DNA from: Clostridiales bacterium
GTDB lineage: Bacteria > Bacillota > Clostridia > Oscillospirales > Acutalibacteraceae
NCBI GenBank assembly: GCA_024697575.1
Contig: JAILFM010000128.1
Location: forward strand, 7,973 to 71,972
DNA length: 64,000 bases
Reading direction: 5' to 3'
Shown piece after piece: positions 47,401-57,126 of the stretch. The first letter of the stretch is position 1. The number at the start of each line of letters is the position of its first letter. The position numbers were made by a program, and so were the translations under genes. The notes below the pieces were generated by a model, which was not told where the DNA came from, did not search any database, and worked only from the letters and a program-made list of their open reading frames with translations.

Positions 47401-50132
47401 CCGATTACTCTGTCAAGAAGAGAAATTACAACAGCGATTATATTGCCGCTGTATCTGCCGTCACAGCCGAGGTCGCCCGTTACATTTGCGGAAAGAATGC
47501 TCAGGAATTTCTGAAGGTCAAGGTGACTGAGTGAATTAGCGAACCAATCGATTGCAAAGCCCCAGACGCCTTCGTCCGCTATCGGGCATTCATCGGTGTT
47601 GACAAGCCAGGTTATAGGCGTAATCTGGGTGAGGGTTGCGTCTACGAAACTCCAGCAGCAGCTGAAATCCGCGTTGGCAACCGCGGTCCTTGAGTTGTAG
47701 CCGCTGCTGCCGTAAATGGTTGTTACCATGGTGTTTACAAGATCCTGCCAAACGCCCTTCTTTGAGCCGGGGATAAGTGAAAGGCCGTCGTTTGAAAGAG
47801 AACCCGCGATGTTTGAATATGTCTGAGCGGAGCCGGTCTTTGATCCGGTCATAACAGAAGCAAAGTTTGTTATACCCCAGAGACAGAATTCATATGTAAA
47901 CTGTTCAAATGTCGTCGTCTGATACGGGTCGTTGTTGTTGTAGTAGGAGAAATTAACAGGTGTGATGTCCCAGATACCGTTAAGGAAGTAAGCGCCGGAA
48001 ATCGCGCCGATATCAAGCGCCGCTCTGGGTATTTCAACCGTCCTTGTCTTTGTTGTGCCGGTCTTTGAGTCAACATAGGTGTTTGAAGCCATTTCAACCC
48101 AGGGCAATTCCGCAACATCGCCGACAACAAGTCTGCCGCTCGCGTCACGGTAGCCGATCTTCTTGCCCGTTGTTTCGGATACATAGCAAACCGCATTTTC
48201 ACCGAACTTTGCCTTCAGCGCTTCGGGATGGTGGTTGTAGTAGTACGCGTCAAGTCTTTCATAAAGGTCAAGACCCGGCAGATAGTTCATAACATTCGCC
48301 GCAAGGGTATAAGCGCCCGCGCCGGATATGGAGTCACAGAACTCGGGGAAGTAAATATCGTCAACAAACGAATTGAAGACAATCTTGACAATGCCGGCAT
48401 AAACCTGCTGCATTGAGAGGACATACTTAAATTTGATTAACGAGGGATTTTTATAATCGGATTGAGAAGGATCGGTTGTGTTGACAACTGCGCCTTCGGT
48501 GTATGTGCCGTCCGCATTGGCGGTTACATAGCGGTACTGCGAAGTTTTCGCATCGCCTGTATCGATTGATTTGAACACAACGGATGAAGGTTTGCTGAAT
48601 GTTCCGAAGGTTTCAAGAAGAACCTGGTCTTCAAGGACAACCTGCTCGCCGCCTACATTGCTGATAATGTCAACAGGAGGAACGGTTTCTGTCATTTCAG
48701 CCGTTGTGTAGCAGATGCCGTCGGGAACATCAAGACCCATCATCGGGAAGAACCCGGGAAGGAGTCTGCAAAGGTCGTTGAGAAGAGCCATGAGGTTGTC
48801 TGTAATGTTGATTCCGCTCACATCGATTTTGATGAAGGCCTCAAGGCCGCCGTCTTCGAGAAGCCAGTCAAGAAACGCATTAATTTTCGGAACGGGATAA
48901 ATATCGGCATCGCCTTCGAATTTAATTTCAGGCGCGCCGTTATCCTCAAGAAGCGAAACTACAGCGCCGATGATGAGGCCGCCGGTTGATCCGGGGGCTA
49001 TTGCGCTCTCATTACCCAGACCGTTATTCTTTGTCACATCAACGTCAAGAGCGTTGATGAGCGCATTGTAGAGAAACTCACGAGCCAAACCGTTAAGAGC
49101 GGCGGTAATGGCGTTGTAGCCGAGCTGATAGAGATCCATATGCTTATCCGCTTTGCCGTCGCCGTCAGAGTCAAACATCTGACCATAAATGCCGGCTTCA
49201 CCGGGAAGCCCCTTCATACCGGGCAGAATAGCTTCATGATTTTCACCGAGCATCGACCTACCGCCGTCAGCCGCGCTTGAACCTGTGCCGTCAATCAAAG
49301 CCCAGTTAACGAGGCTCTGGATACCGTCGTCAATTGTTTTGCCCTCGGGCAGACCGGTATCTTCGGTAGTGTCGTCAATAAGCGATGAATAGAGTATTCT
49401 CTCAACAAGCTGACCGGGGTTGGCGATTATCTCCTTAATGGTCATGCCGTTGATTTTTTTGTCGATTTTTTTGATAATAAAATCAAGGATCGTGCCGAAC
49501 TCCGCATCACCGCACAGAAGCTTTGTCAGCGGCTCCTGCTGGTTGTAAAGCCATGTCAGCAGTGACATAAGAACCTTGAGATCGGATGAAGGAGTACCGG
49601 TGCGGTCGCGCTTACCGTCGGCCTTTCTGTAAATCGAGGACGAAAGACCCTGCGAGTTAAGATCCTCGACAACGCCGAGATTGACCATTTTAAGAATACT
49701 CGTTAAAGCGCCTGTAACACCGATACCTATGAGCTTGGCTTTGACGATCGTTTTGTCGCTGTCATTTACCATGCCGACAAGATGCCTGATCGTGTAGCAC
49801 AGATCGTCAACGGATGACAGATAGAATGTGATCCTGAGGAATGTACTGGCATCCTCATCACCAAGAGCGTAAATCTCCATTGACTCTTCAAAGCTTTCGC
49901 CGAGCATCTTATCTAACTGATCAAGAAGATACGACGCGCCCTGCTCCGGTGTGAACTTCAGTTTGTCAACCGAATCAAGGTAACTCGCCGCGTCTGTATG
50001 CACGCCGTCACGAAAAGCCGTGTAATCCCAGGTGGATCTGACCGTTGTTTTTGCAAAAACGGTCACACCGGCACCGGAAAAAATCATGACCGCGGCAATC
50101 AAGAGCGTAAAAATTCGCTTTGCCTGTTTCAT
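44406..50132 (-). CDS. Giant secreted/surface protein with a C-terminal dockerin-like domain
   Basis: Signal peptide (MKQAKRIFTLLIAAVMIFSGAGVTVFA); FIVAR-like helical segments; GTGSVL..YTAVIFGDINGDTRIDTTDY..AADVD..IDKND; several DxDxDG motifs. Confidence 0.8.
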   Translation of the reverse strand: MKQAKRIFTLLIAAVMIFSGAGVTVFAKTTVRSTWDYTAFRDGVHTDAASYLDSVDKLKFTPEQGASYLLDQLDKMLGESFEESMEIYALGDEDASTFLRITFYLSSVDDLCYTIRHLVGMVNDSDKTIVKAKLIGIGVTGALTSILKMVNLGVVEDLNSQGLSSSIYRKADGKRDRTGTPSSDLKVLMSLLTWLYNQQEPLTKLLCGDAEFGTILDFIIKKIDKKINGMTIKEIIANPGQLVERILYSSLIDDTTEDTGLPEGKTIDDGIQSLVNWALIDGTGSSAADGGRSMLGENHEAILPGMKGLPGEAGIYGQMFDSDGDGKADKHMDLYQLGYNAITAALNGLAREFLYNALINALDVDVTKNNGLGNESAIAPGSTGGLIIGAVVSLLEDNGAPEIKFEGDADIYPVPKINAFLDWLLEDGGLEAFIKIDVSGINITDNLMALLNDLCRLLPGFFPMMGLDVPDGICYTTAEMTETVPPVDIISNVGGEQVVLEDQVLLETFGTFSKPSSVVFKSIDTGDAKTSQYRYVTANADGTYTEGAVVNTTDPSQSDYKNPSLIKFKYVLSMQQVYAGIVKIVFNSFVDDIYFPEFCDSISGAGAYTLAANVMNYLPGLDLYERLDAYYYNHHPEALKAKFGENAVCYVSETTGKKIGYRDASGRLVVGDVAELPWVEMASNTYVDSKTGTTKTRTVEIPRAALDIGAISGAYFLNGIWDITPVNFSYYNNNDPYQTTTFEQFTYEFCLWGITNFASVMTGSKTGSAQTYSNIAGSLSNDGLSLIPGSKKGVWQDLVNTMVTTIYGSSGYNSRTAVANADFSCCWSFVDATLTQITPITWLVNTDECPIADEGVWGFAIDWFANSLSHLDLQKFLSILSANVTGDLGCDGRYSGNIIAVVISLLDRVIGMLMGGNGVFPHAGMSMPSNYKADTVARSGFVSGSTTKLQIFSIPTRVTRLTSTSDTGLLYSGNVAIILSCLIADLYYYGPAFLATIMPLLMRNDTVPRAEAQYYTNTNYGIEDLKNYSNALDNRNNTVRIPENQLTIQLSTKNALLAEQNAGATVSEELVPGTTDMHYVTFKYGYTNAIDAEAASKYFENGGTEREIYKDELNRRHSIYYLTTSRSYLEIAGTATETQDSFGDIVMNYSNFSYASYTPRSAANGGTVSYDPNGYLMFHCEDFNINKIGAYKYYGRADDAIEQVDEFVTEYEKFYQEDLGSAYGDWMAYSIRTRLLKATLLDSDNDGVADDSAPAVPNSIFPFFELASTNSFTINDGLESHTGAQPTKTFKLNNINTKNYETLAFAISLGQDPSCNVPLTKQQTEDVVKLALNSNSVDFIPDAKNTYHGTINSLQDLSAAQVQTVTQMCADLGYTFDTEKMEISRPYFRFLSTATQALQSTSSTPVKEPTSICKIYIKNGESYDDCSVVPSNSAVTGTTDTDQVKKQIRKAYQKYITAVVDYQDNILDYYDLLGWRFDLAESRRLTVVDTTALQWLVNLVKPDLTGESGRRNYRYSRDENGNVIYVYVDGRRIIDSEIMWTVNTFSDFYKAYDFATCLINTAKVNTTDLTQTMVTHAFKGLYRAWRALKPAGEKIDWANMDAVLARAYEIIKYGNNLLKTDDGLQVYFTANGEKTTDASQGVAPAYEIDPTTYAALVGEYDAAHIVRFAEVSDKVNYHGTIDQQDFIDQLIDNLNKAISNLVFNTVPTIKPTDDDGNTTVVTEIDANGNDTIYRFLFLGREAAQLSSKDFRVTGLAASVPEVIQGEKGYGTGSVLTGTLANGSPAYSYTAVIFGDINGDTRIDTTDYLYMLAASQGENLVSLKPAQKVAADVDFSTVSPGVYPDTTKLNIDKNDIDTLFNYMMLKNQYSYVDTNGDGKKDTRTDDPNYRWTQWTKTGTLPTLTPKNAK

Positions 50133-50362
50133 AATATACCTCCCGAGGCGCCCTTCATAAAGGGTGGTTAGCTTGGTTTTGAGGGCACTACCCCCACAAA
50201 CACTCTTTTACGATTTAAATTAAATGAAAAGGATGTTGCGGAGAGACTGTGAGATTATGAACAGTTTGTAAATTTTTTGTTGTAATTATCCTGTTAAAAA
50301 ATTATCGGAAAACCCTGCAAAAAACAATGCAAAAAAACAATCAACTAAACAATCCCAATTCC

Positions 50363-50391
50363 TTGACAATTGCGGTTCTTTTTTATATAAT
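50363..50391 (+). promoter_or_regulatory. Consensus sigma70 promoter for greA-lysS
   Basis: TTGACA-17 nt-TATAAT. Confidence 0.85.
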
Positions 50392-50432
50392 TAATCGGTT
50401 TTATAAGTACATCACCGAAAGGAGTGTTAACA

Positions 50433-50891
50433 ATGGCTCAGTTTACAAGAGAAGAATATGAAAAGTTAACCGAAAAGTACAGATACCTGACCACCGTAGG
50501 CAGAGACGAAATGGCTGAAAAGCTCAAAGAAGCCCGCTCTCACGGCGACCTTTCCGAAAATGCGGAATATGACGAGGCAAGAAACGACCAGGCAAAAATG
50601 GAAGCCGAAATTCAAGACCTTGAAAAAGCTCTTGAAGGCGCGGAAATCATTGACGAGTCCACCCTTTCCGCAGACGCCGTTCACCTCGGTTCTGTCGTCA
50701 CTCTTTTTGACATTGAAATGGCTGAAGAAGTAACATATAAAATCATGGGTAAAAGCGATATCGTCAACGACATTATTTCGGATGAAAGCCCGGTGGGAAT
50801 AGCCTGTATGGGCAAAAAGGTCGGCGACACAGTTGATGTATTACTTCCCGGCGGTAAAGTCGCGCCTATGAAAATTGTCGCAATCGGGTAA
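50433..50891 (+). CDS. greA: Transcription elongation factor GreA
   Basis: LKEARSHGDLSENAEYDEAR and ISDESPVG. ATG at 50433 follows AAGGAG. Confidence 0.96.
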   Translation: MAQFTREEYEKLTEKYRYLTTVGRDEMAEKLKEARSHGDLSENAEYDEARNDQAKMEAEIQDLEKALEGAEIIDESTLSADAVHLGSVVTLFDIEMAEEVTYKIMGKSDIVNDIISDESPVGIACMGKKVGDTVDVLLPGGKVAPMKIVAIG

Positions 50892-50906
50892 TTACGGAGA
50901 ACTGAA

Positions 50907-52853
50907 ATGGACGAACAGACAAGAAACAACTATGCCCCCGCGCAGGATATGAACGAGCTGCGCAAAGTACGCCTTGAAAAGCTTCAGTCACTTCAAAGTG
51001 AAGGCAAGGATCCTTTTCAAATAACAAAATACGATGTCACAAATCACAGCGGCGATATAAAAGGTGATTTTGACTCTTTTGAAGGCAAAACCGTTTCCCT
51101 CGCCGGCAGAATGATGTCAAAGCGCATCATGGGAAAGGCAAGCTTTTGCAACATTCAGGACCTTACCGGCAATATTCAGTGCTATGTCGCAAGGGACAGC
51201 ATAGGCGAAGAGAGCTACGCCGGGTTCAAAAAATTCGACGTCGGCGATATAATCGGTATCGAAGGCGCGGTCTTTAAGACAAAAACGGGTGAAATCTCAA
51301 TTCATGCGTCAAAAGTCACTCTTCTCACAAAAAGCCTTCAGACTCTGCCGGAAAAATATCACGGGCTGACCAACACCGATGTCCGCTACCGTCAGAGATA
51401 TACCGACCTGATTATGAATCCGGAGGTTAAAGACACTTTCGTTAAGCGGTCAAAAATCATATCTTCAATCCGCTCATACCTTGAAGACAGAGGATTCATC
51501 GAAGTTGAAACGCCCATGCTCGTTTCAAACGCCGGCGGAGCGGCGGCAAGACCCTTTGAAACGCATTACAACGCCCTTAACGAAGACGTTAAACTCAGAA
51601 TATCCCTTGAACTGTATCTCAAGCGACTTATTGTCGGCGGTCTTGAAAAAGTTTTTGAAATCGGGCGCGTTTTCCGCAATGAGGGTGTTGACACCCGCCA
51701 CAATCCGGAATTTACCCTGATGGAGCTTTATCAGGCATATACCGATTATCACGGCATGATGGATTTAACCGAGGATATGTTCCGCCATCTTGCCATGAAG
51801 GTCTGCGGTTCAACAACAATCAAATACGGTGAAAATATCATTGATTTAGGCAAGCCCTTCCGCCGCCTGACCATGATTGACGCCGTCAAAGAGTACGCCG
51901 GTGTTGATTTTGACAAGATTCCCGATACCGAAACCGCAAAAGCAATCGCCCGTGAAAAGCATGTTGAATTTGAAGACCGGCACACCAAGGGAGATATTCT
52001 TAACCTCTTCTTTGAGGAATACTGCGAAGAGAAGCTTATTCAGCCAACCTTTATTATGGATCACCCGGTTGATGTTTCACCGCTGACAAAGCGTAAGCCC
52101 GATAAACCGGACTATGTGGAACGCTTCGAGCTTTTCATAAATACATGGGAAATGTGCAACGCTTACAGCGAGCTCAACGACCCGGTCGACCAGCGCGAGC
52201 GTTTCAAAGCGCAGGACGCTGCTGCGGCGGCGGGTGACGAGGAAGCCAACCACACCGACGAAGACTTCCTCAACGCCCTCGAAATCGGCATGCCGCCTAC
52301 AGGCGGAATAGGCTACGGCATTGACAGGCTTGTAATGCTTTTGACAGATTCCCCGGCAATCAGAGATGTTCTGCTTTTCCCGACAATGAAGAGCATTGAC
52401 ATTGATAAAAAACCGGCTGAAAGCGAAAACGAGGAGACACAGCCTGCAGAGCAGCCCGCCGAAAAAGAAGAGATTATTGATTTTTCAAATGTGGAAATCG
52501 AAGAGCTGTTTAAAGACTCGGTTGACTTTGAAACTTTCTCAAAAAGCGATTTTCGCGCCGTCAAAGTTCTCGAATGCTCAGCCGTTCCCAAATCAAAAAA
52601 GCTTCTTGAATTTAAACTCGATGACGGTTCCGGCGAAACAAGAACGATTCTCAGCGGCATTCACGCATATTACGAGCCCGAAGAACTTGTCGGCAAAACC
52701 TGCATAGCAATCACTAACCTTCCTCCCAGGCAGATGATGGGCATTGAAAGCTGCGGCATGCTGCTGTCAGCTGTTCACAAGGAAAACGGTGAAGAAAAGC
52801 TGCACCTTCTTATTGTGGATAATCATATCCCCGCCGGAGCAAAGCTGTATTAA
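50907..52853 (+). CDS. lysS: Lysine-tRNA ligase (class II) with an appended C-terminal tRNA-binding OB-fold
   Basis: [42 protein letters not shown] and RDVLLFP, plus about 110 aa resembling the MetRS C-terminal/Trbp111 domain. Confidence 0.96.
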   Translation: MDEQTRNNYAPAQDMNELRKVRLEKLQSLQSEGKDPFQITKYDVTNHSGDIKGDFDSFEGKTVSLAGRMMSKRIMGKASFCNIQDLTGNIQCYVARDSIGEESYAGFKKFDVGDIIGIEGAVFKTKTGEISIHASKVTLLTKSLQTLPEKYHGLTNTDVRYRQRYTDLIMNPEVKDTFVKRSKIISSIRSYLEDRGFIEVETPMLVSNAGGAAARPFETHYNALNEDVKLRISLELYLKRLIVGGLEKVFEIGRVFRNEGVDTRHNPEFTLMELYQAYTDYHGMMDLTEDMFRHLAMKVCGSTTIKYGENIIDLGKPFRRLTMIDAVKEYAGVDFDKIPDTETAKAIAREKHVEFEDRHTKGDILNLFFEEYCEEKLIQPTFIMDHPVDVSPLTKRKPDKPDYVERFELFINTWEMCNAYSELNDPVDQRERFKAQDAAAAAGDEEANHTDEDFLNALEIGMPPTGGIGYGIDRLVMLLTDSPAIRDVLLFPTMKSIDIDKKPAESENEETQPAEQPAEKEEIIDFSNVEIEELFKDSVDFETFSKSDFRAVKVLECSAVPKSKKLLEFKLDDGSGETRTILSGIHAYYEPEELVGKTCIAITNLPPRQMMGIESCGMLLSAVHKENGEEKLHLLIVDNHIPAGAKLY

Positions 52854-52920
52854 TACAGAAAGAACCTTAAACTTGATTGATTTCACTAAACCCGATTATT
52901 ATCTTTACGGAGGACAAATA

Positions 52921-53415
52921 ATGATTAAAAAAGTAAGCAACATCCCGTTCAGCGGCACAGCGGAGCAGGAAGAAAAGCTAAAAGCTGTCATCGAAGAATG
53001 CAAAAGCGACAAAAGTCTTCTTATGCACGTTATGCAGCAGGCTCAGGAAATCTATGGTTATCTGCCGATAGAAGTTCAAATCATGATTGCGGAGGGCATG
53101 GATGTTCCCCTTCAGAAGGTTTACGGTGTTTCTACATTTTATGCCCAGTTTGCGCTTTCACCCAAAGGCAAATACAATATCTCGGTTTGCCTCGGCACCG
53201 CTTGCTATGTAAAAGGCAGCCAGCAGATTCTTGACAAAATTGTTGAAATTCTCGGCATTGGACCGGGCGAATGCACACAGGATGTTAAGTTTTCGCTTGA
53301 AGCGTGCCGCTGCATTGGCGCGTGCGGACTTGCGCCCGTATTCACCGTTAACGACGATGTTTACGGCCGTGTAACACCCGACAAGGTTGCGGATATTCTC
53401 GCTAAATACAAATAA
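52921..53415 (+). CDS. [FeFe]-hydrogenase [2Fe-2S] subunit (NuoE/HydC/HndA-like)
   Basis: QEIYGYLP, GVSTFYAQF, CLGTACYVKG and CIGACGLAP. Start MIKK at 52921 follows GGAGG. Confidence 0.9.
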   Translation: MIKKVSNIPFSGTAEQEEKLKAVIEECKSDKSLLMHVMQQAQEIYGYLPIEVQIMIAEGMDVPLQKVYGVSTFYAQFALSPKGKYNISVCLGTACYVKGSQQILDKIVEILGIGPGECTQDVKFSLEACRCIGACGLAPVFTVNDDVYGRVTPDKVADILAKYK

Positions 53416-53434
53416 TATTATCAGGAGCTCCCGA

Positions 53435-53788
53435 ATGACAATTCATGACATAAAAGAGCTTTTAGATGCCCGTGTATGCTGCGGCGAAGAGATACTGAAC
53501 AGGAGTATCCTCTCAGCGTGCGCAAGCGATATGATGAGCGATGTTCTCGCATTTGCAAAAAACCAGGCAATACTTGTTACCGGTCTGATGAACCCTCAGG
53601 TTATCCGCACAGCCGAAATGATGGATATGAAATGCATCGTTTTCGTAAGATCGAAAATGCCTTCCGACGAGATGGTTAACCTTGCTGAAAGCTGTTCAAT
53701 CGTTCTGCTGTCCACAGATATGCTTATGTTTGAAACCTGCGGCGTACTGTTCACAAAAGGTCTTATAGGCAAAGGTGACACACAATGA
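53435..53788 (+). CDS. DRTGG-domain protein
   Basis: SACASDMMSDVLAF, ILVTGLMNPQVIRTAEMMD. Confidence 0.75.
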   Translation: MTIHDIKELLDARVCCGEEILNRSILSACASDMMSDVLAFAKNQAILVTGLMNPQVIRTAEMMDMKCIVFVRSKMPSDEMVNLAESCSIVLLSTDMLMFETCGVLFTKGLIGKGDTQ

Positions 53789-54210
53789 GCGAAGAGCTGA
53801 AATTCACCTACAACGTTGACGGTGAAGATTTCAACTCCGCCGGTCAGGCATCGGTCAGTGTGAAGAAAAATCTTCGCCAGCTGGGCATTGACCCGGAAAT
53901 TATCCGCAAAGTGTCCATCGCCATGTACGAAGGCGAAATCAACATGGTTATTCATGCCCACGGCGGCACAGCGGATGTTTTTGTGGATGATGAAAAAATC
54001 GGCATCGTTTTATCGGATAAAGGTCCCGGCATTGCGGACATATCAAAAGCCATGCAGGAGGGCTATTCAACCGCTACGGACACCGTCCGGGCTTTAGGTT
54101 TCGGCGCGGGCATGGGTTTGCCGAATATGAAGAGATATACCGACTATATGAATATCGAATCTCAAATCGGCGAAGGAACAACAATCACCATGCACGTCAA
54201 GTATCAATAA
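53785..54210 (+). CDS. Anti-sigma-type Ser/Thr kinase (HATPase_c)
   Basis: YEGEINMVIH, DKGPGI and GAGMGLPNMKR (N, G1 and G2 boxes). Confidence 0.85.
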   Translation: MSEELKFTYNVDGEDFNSAGQASVSVKKNLRQLGIDPEIIRKVSIAMYEGEINMVIHAHGGTADVFVDDEKIGIVLSDKGPGIADISKAMQEGYSTATDTVRALGFGAGMGLPNMKRYTDYMNIESQIGEGTTITMHVKYQ

Positions 54211-54232
54211 AGTATGTGAAAGGGCATTTGGA

Positions 54233-55528
54233 ATGTCAACGTATATTCATTCAGTTTCTCTTGACGCCTCAAAATGCACCGGATGCACAACATGCATGAA
54301 ACACTGCCCGACGGAGGCTATCAGAATAAAAGACAACTGCGCGTGCATTGACGCGCAGCGCTGTATAGACTGCGCCCAATGCATAAGGCACTGCCCCAAC
54401 CACGCAAAAAAAAGCAATTACTCATCACTGAGTGAAATTCAGAAATACAAATATAAGATTGCACTGCCTGCCCCGGCGCTGATGGCTCAATTTGAAAACC
54501 TTGACAGTGTGGATATCGTTTTGCAGGGTCTTCTTGATGTAGGCTTTGACGATGTGTTTGAGGTTGCAAGGGGCGCGGAGATAGTTTCGGCATATACCAG
54601 AAGCTACCTTGCGACACCCGGCATAAAAAAGCCGGTTTTGAGCACAGCCTGCCCCGTCATTGCAAGGCTGGTCATGCTCAGATTTCCCTTTTTAAAGGAT
54701 AATCTGATTCCTCTTTTACCCCCGATTGAAATTGCAGCCGACCTTGCGGTTAAAGAGGCAAAAGAAAAGCACCCGGAACTGCGTGACGAGGATATCTGCA
54801 CCTGCTTTATATCCCCCTGCCCGGCAAAGGTCAGTTACATAAAAAACGGGTTCGGCTCATATAAAAGCAAAATCACCCTTGCAGTTTCAATGAGCGAGGT
54901 TTACATGCATCTGCTGCATGTTATGAAGCATGATGTCCCCGCCGAAGTTTCCGCCCGCGCAGGCCGCGTCGGATTAAGCTGGGCGATGTGCGGCGGTGAA
55001 GCTTCCGCTCTTCTCAATGATAAAATCATCGCCGCAGACGGTATTGACAATGTTATTTCAGTACTTGACCAGATTGAGGACGGCAACATTTCAAATGTTG
55101 ATTTTGTTGAACTGAACGCCTGCCCCGGCGGCTGTGTCGGCGGCGTGATGGCGCTCGAAAACCCGTTTATAGCCAAAAACAGGCTTCACACCATAAGGCG
55201 TTATATGCCCGTAACTCAGGAGAATATTAAACAGTTTGAAGGCGCAATACCGGACAGCGGATTCACCGAAAATCTGCCGGACTATAAGCCTCTGAATAAA
55301 CTCAGCGACAATATAGCTGAAAGCATGCGCTTAATGAACAAAATACAACTTATGTGCAAAGAACTGCCGGGAATTGACTGCGGCTCATGCGGCGCGCCGA
55401 ACTGCCGGGCGTTTGCAGAGGATGTTGTCAGGGGACTTGCGGACAGAAACGACTGCATAATAGCATACCGTGACTATATTAAGGACTATATAAATAACTA
55501 CCCCGGGAGCCGTAAAAATGACGGTTAA
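54233..55528 (+). CDS. [FeFe]-hydrogenase-like Fe-S protein, putative sensory type
   Basis: 2x[4Fe-4S] N-terminus; variant H-cluster motifs STACPVI, SPCPAK and ELNACPGGCVGG; C-terminal LPGIDCGSCGAPNC..C cluster. Confidence 0.8.
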   Translation: MSTYIHSVSLDASKCTGCTTCMKHCPTEAIRIKDNCACIDAQRCIDCAQCIRHCPNHAKKSNYSSLSEIQKYKYKIALPAPALMAQFENLDSVDIVLQGLLDVGFDDVFEVARGAEIVSAYTRSYLATPGIKKPVLSTACPVIARLVMLRFPFLKDNLIPLLPPIEIAADLAVKEAKEKHPELRDEDICTCFISPCPAKVSYIKNGFGSYKSKITLAVSMSEVYMHLLHVMKHDVPAEVSARAGRVGLSWAMCGGEASALLNDKIIAADGIDNVISVLDQIEDGNISNVDFVELNACPGGCVGGVMALENPFIAKNRLHTIRRYMPVTQENIKQFEGAIPDSGFTENLPDYKPLNKLSDNIAESMRLMNKIQLMCKELPGIDCGSCGAPNCRAFAEDVVRGLADRNDCIIAYRDYIKDYINNYPGSRKNDG

Positions 55529-55847
55529 TGAACTTTCAAACAACGACTTTCTCACCCCGGTCGTCATATGCGACGCCGGTGTCGAAATCAGCGGCGTTTA
55601 TATCGGCGACCTTTTAAGCTGGGTCATGAATACCCTTCAGGAAGGTCAGCTTTGGGTGACAATAATGTCAAATATAAATATCCTCGCCGTTGCTTCTCTT
55701 AAAGAGGCGTCGGCAATTATCCTGGCGGAGGGAGTGAAACTTCCGGAGGATATTCAGGAAACGGCAAAAGCGAAGGGAATTAATGTTTTATCTTCAACGA
55801 TGCCTGCCTATGAAACGGCGAAAAAGCTTTCAATGCTCGGCTTTTAA
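55518..55847 (+). CDS. DRTGG-like protein
   Basis: YIGDLLSWVM, LWVTIMSNINILAVASL. Confidence 0.7.
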   Translation: MTVNELSNNDFLTPVVICDAGVEISGVYIGDLLSWVMNTLQEGQLWVTIMSNINILAVASLKEASAIILAEGVKLPEDIQETAKAKGINVLSSTMPAYETAKKLSMLGF

Positions 55848-55849
55848 AT

Positions 55850-56584
55850 ATGAAAAAGTATTTTTACGACCTTCATATTCACTCATGCCTTTCACCCTGC
55901 GGTGACGATGACTCAACGCCTGCAAGCATTGCCGGAATGGGCGCTGTCACAAAGCTTGATGTTATGGCGCTGACAGATCATAATACAGCGCGCAACTGCC
56001 CTGCATTTTTTGAAGCGTGCCGTTTTTACGGCATTGTGCCGATAGCGGGTATGGAACTGACAACAAGCGAAGATATTCACACAGTCTGCCTTTTCAGAAA
56101 TCTTGAAGAAGCAATGAGTTTTAACGATTATATTGATACATGCAGAATCAAGATAAAAAACAAAACTGAAATTTTCGGCAACCAGCTGATTATGAACAGC
56201 AACGACGAAATCACAGGCACTGATGAGTACCTTTTGCCGCCCGCAACATCGGTTTCTATTGAAGAAATAAGTTCAATTGTAAAAAAATACTCCGGTATAT
56301 GCTACCCGGCTCATATTGATCGCGAATCAAACGGAATTATCGCCGTTCTGGGAACCTTTCCCGAACACCTTGATTTTAAAGCGGCAGAGATGCGTGACAA
56401 AAACAAGCTTGATGAATACAAAAAAAAATATCCTGCGTTAGATAAAAAACAGTTCGTTTTTTCATCGGATGCACACCACCTGTGGGATATTAATGAAGCA
56501 GTCAACTGTTTTGAACTCGAATGTGAAGAGGATGAACAAAGCGTCATAGATGCAATATTCAATAAGCTGGAACAGGTTATATGA
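55850..56584 (+). CDS. PHP-domain phosphoesterase
   Basis: DLHIHS, ALTDHN, GMELTT, PAHIDR and SSDAHH. Confidence 0.88.
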   Translation: MKKYFYDLHIHSCLSPCGDDDSTPASIAGMGAVTKLDVMALTDHNTARNCPAFFEACRFYGIVPIAGMELTTSEDIHTVCLFRNLEEAMSFNDYIDTCRIKIKNKTEIFGNQLIMNSNDEITGTDEYLLPPATSVSIEEISSIVKKYSGICYPAHIDRESNGIIAVLGTFPEHLDFKAAEMRDKNKLDEYKKKYPALDKKQFVFSSDAHHLWDINEAVNCFELECEEDEQSVIDAIFNKLEQVI

Positions 56585-57126
56585 CAGAATTATCACTTAA
56601 TATTCTTGATATTTCGCAAAATTCGGTAAAAGCGGGAGCAGATACAATCAATATTACACTCACTGAAACCGAAGAAACGCTGGAGTTTGTTATTAAAGAC
56701 AACGGCTGCGGAATGGACGAAGAGACAGTCAACAGCGTAACCAACCCGTTTTACACCACACGAACCACAAGAAATGTCGGTCTGGGCGTTCCCCTTTTAA
56801 AACTTGCTGCGGAACAAACCGGCGGCGATATCGAAATCAACTCTGTCACAAAAGAGCAGGATCCATTGATCCACGGCACCGAACTCAAAGCATTGTTTTA
56901 TAAAAACCACATCGACTTTACCCCATTAGGCGACATTATTTCAAGTGTCGTTACAATGATTCAGGGCGCACCCGATATACGCTGGTCATTTGTTCACACG
57001 GCGCCCGGCAAAGAAGTCACCCTTTTTACCGACGAGTTGAAAGCGGTTCTCGGCGACATCCCTCTTGATAACGCCGAAGTTATTACATGGATAAAAGAAT
57101 ACCTTAAAGAAAGCTATAGCAATTAA
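56581..57126 (+). CDS. Histidine-kinase-like ATPase (HATPase_c only)
   Basis: LDISQNSVKAGA, DNGCGM, PFYTTRTTRNVGLGVP; no HisKA or TM region. Confidence 0.82.
   Translation: MTELSLNILDISQNSVKAGADTINITLTETEETLEFVIKDNGCGMDEETVNSVTNPFYTTRTTRNVGLGVPLLKLAAEQTGGDIEINSVTKEQDPLIHGTELKALFYKNHIDFTPLGDIISSVVTMIQGAPDIRWSFVHTAPGKEVTLFTDELKAVLGDIPLDNAEVITWIKEYLKESYSN

Noticed and set aside
44184-50132. Genomic island integrated at tRNA-Gly
   Set aside because: No integrase, no duplicated tRNA 3' end seen, and no obvious compositional shift.
52854-52920. Rex operator before the hydrogenase locus
   Set aside because: The best alignment matches only about 9 of 14 consensus positions (one half-site).
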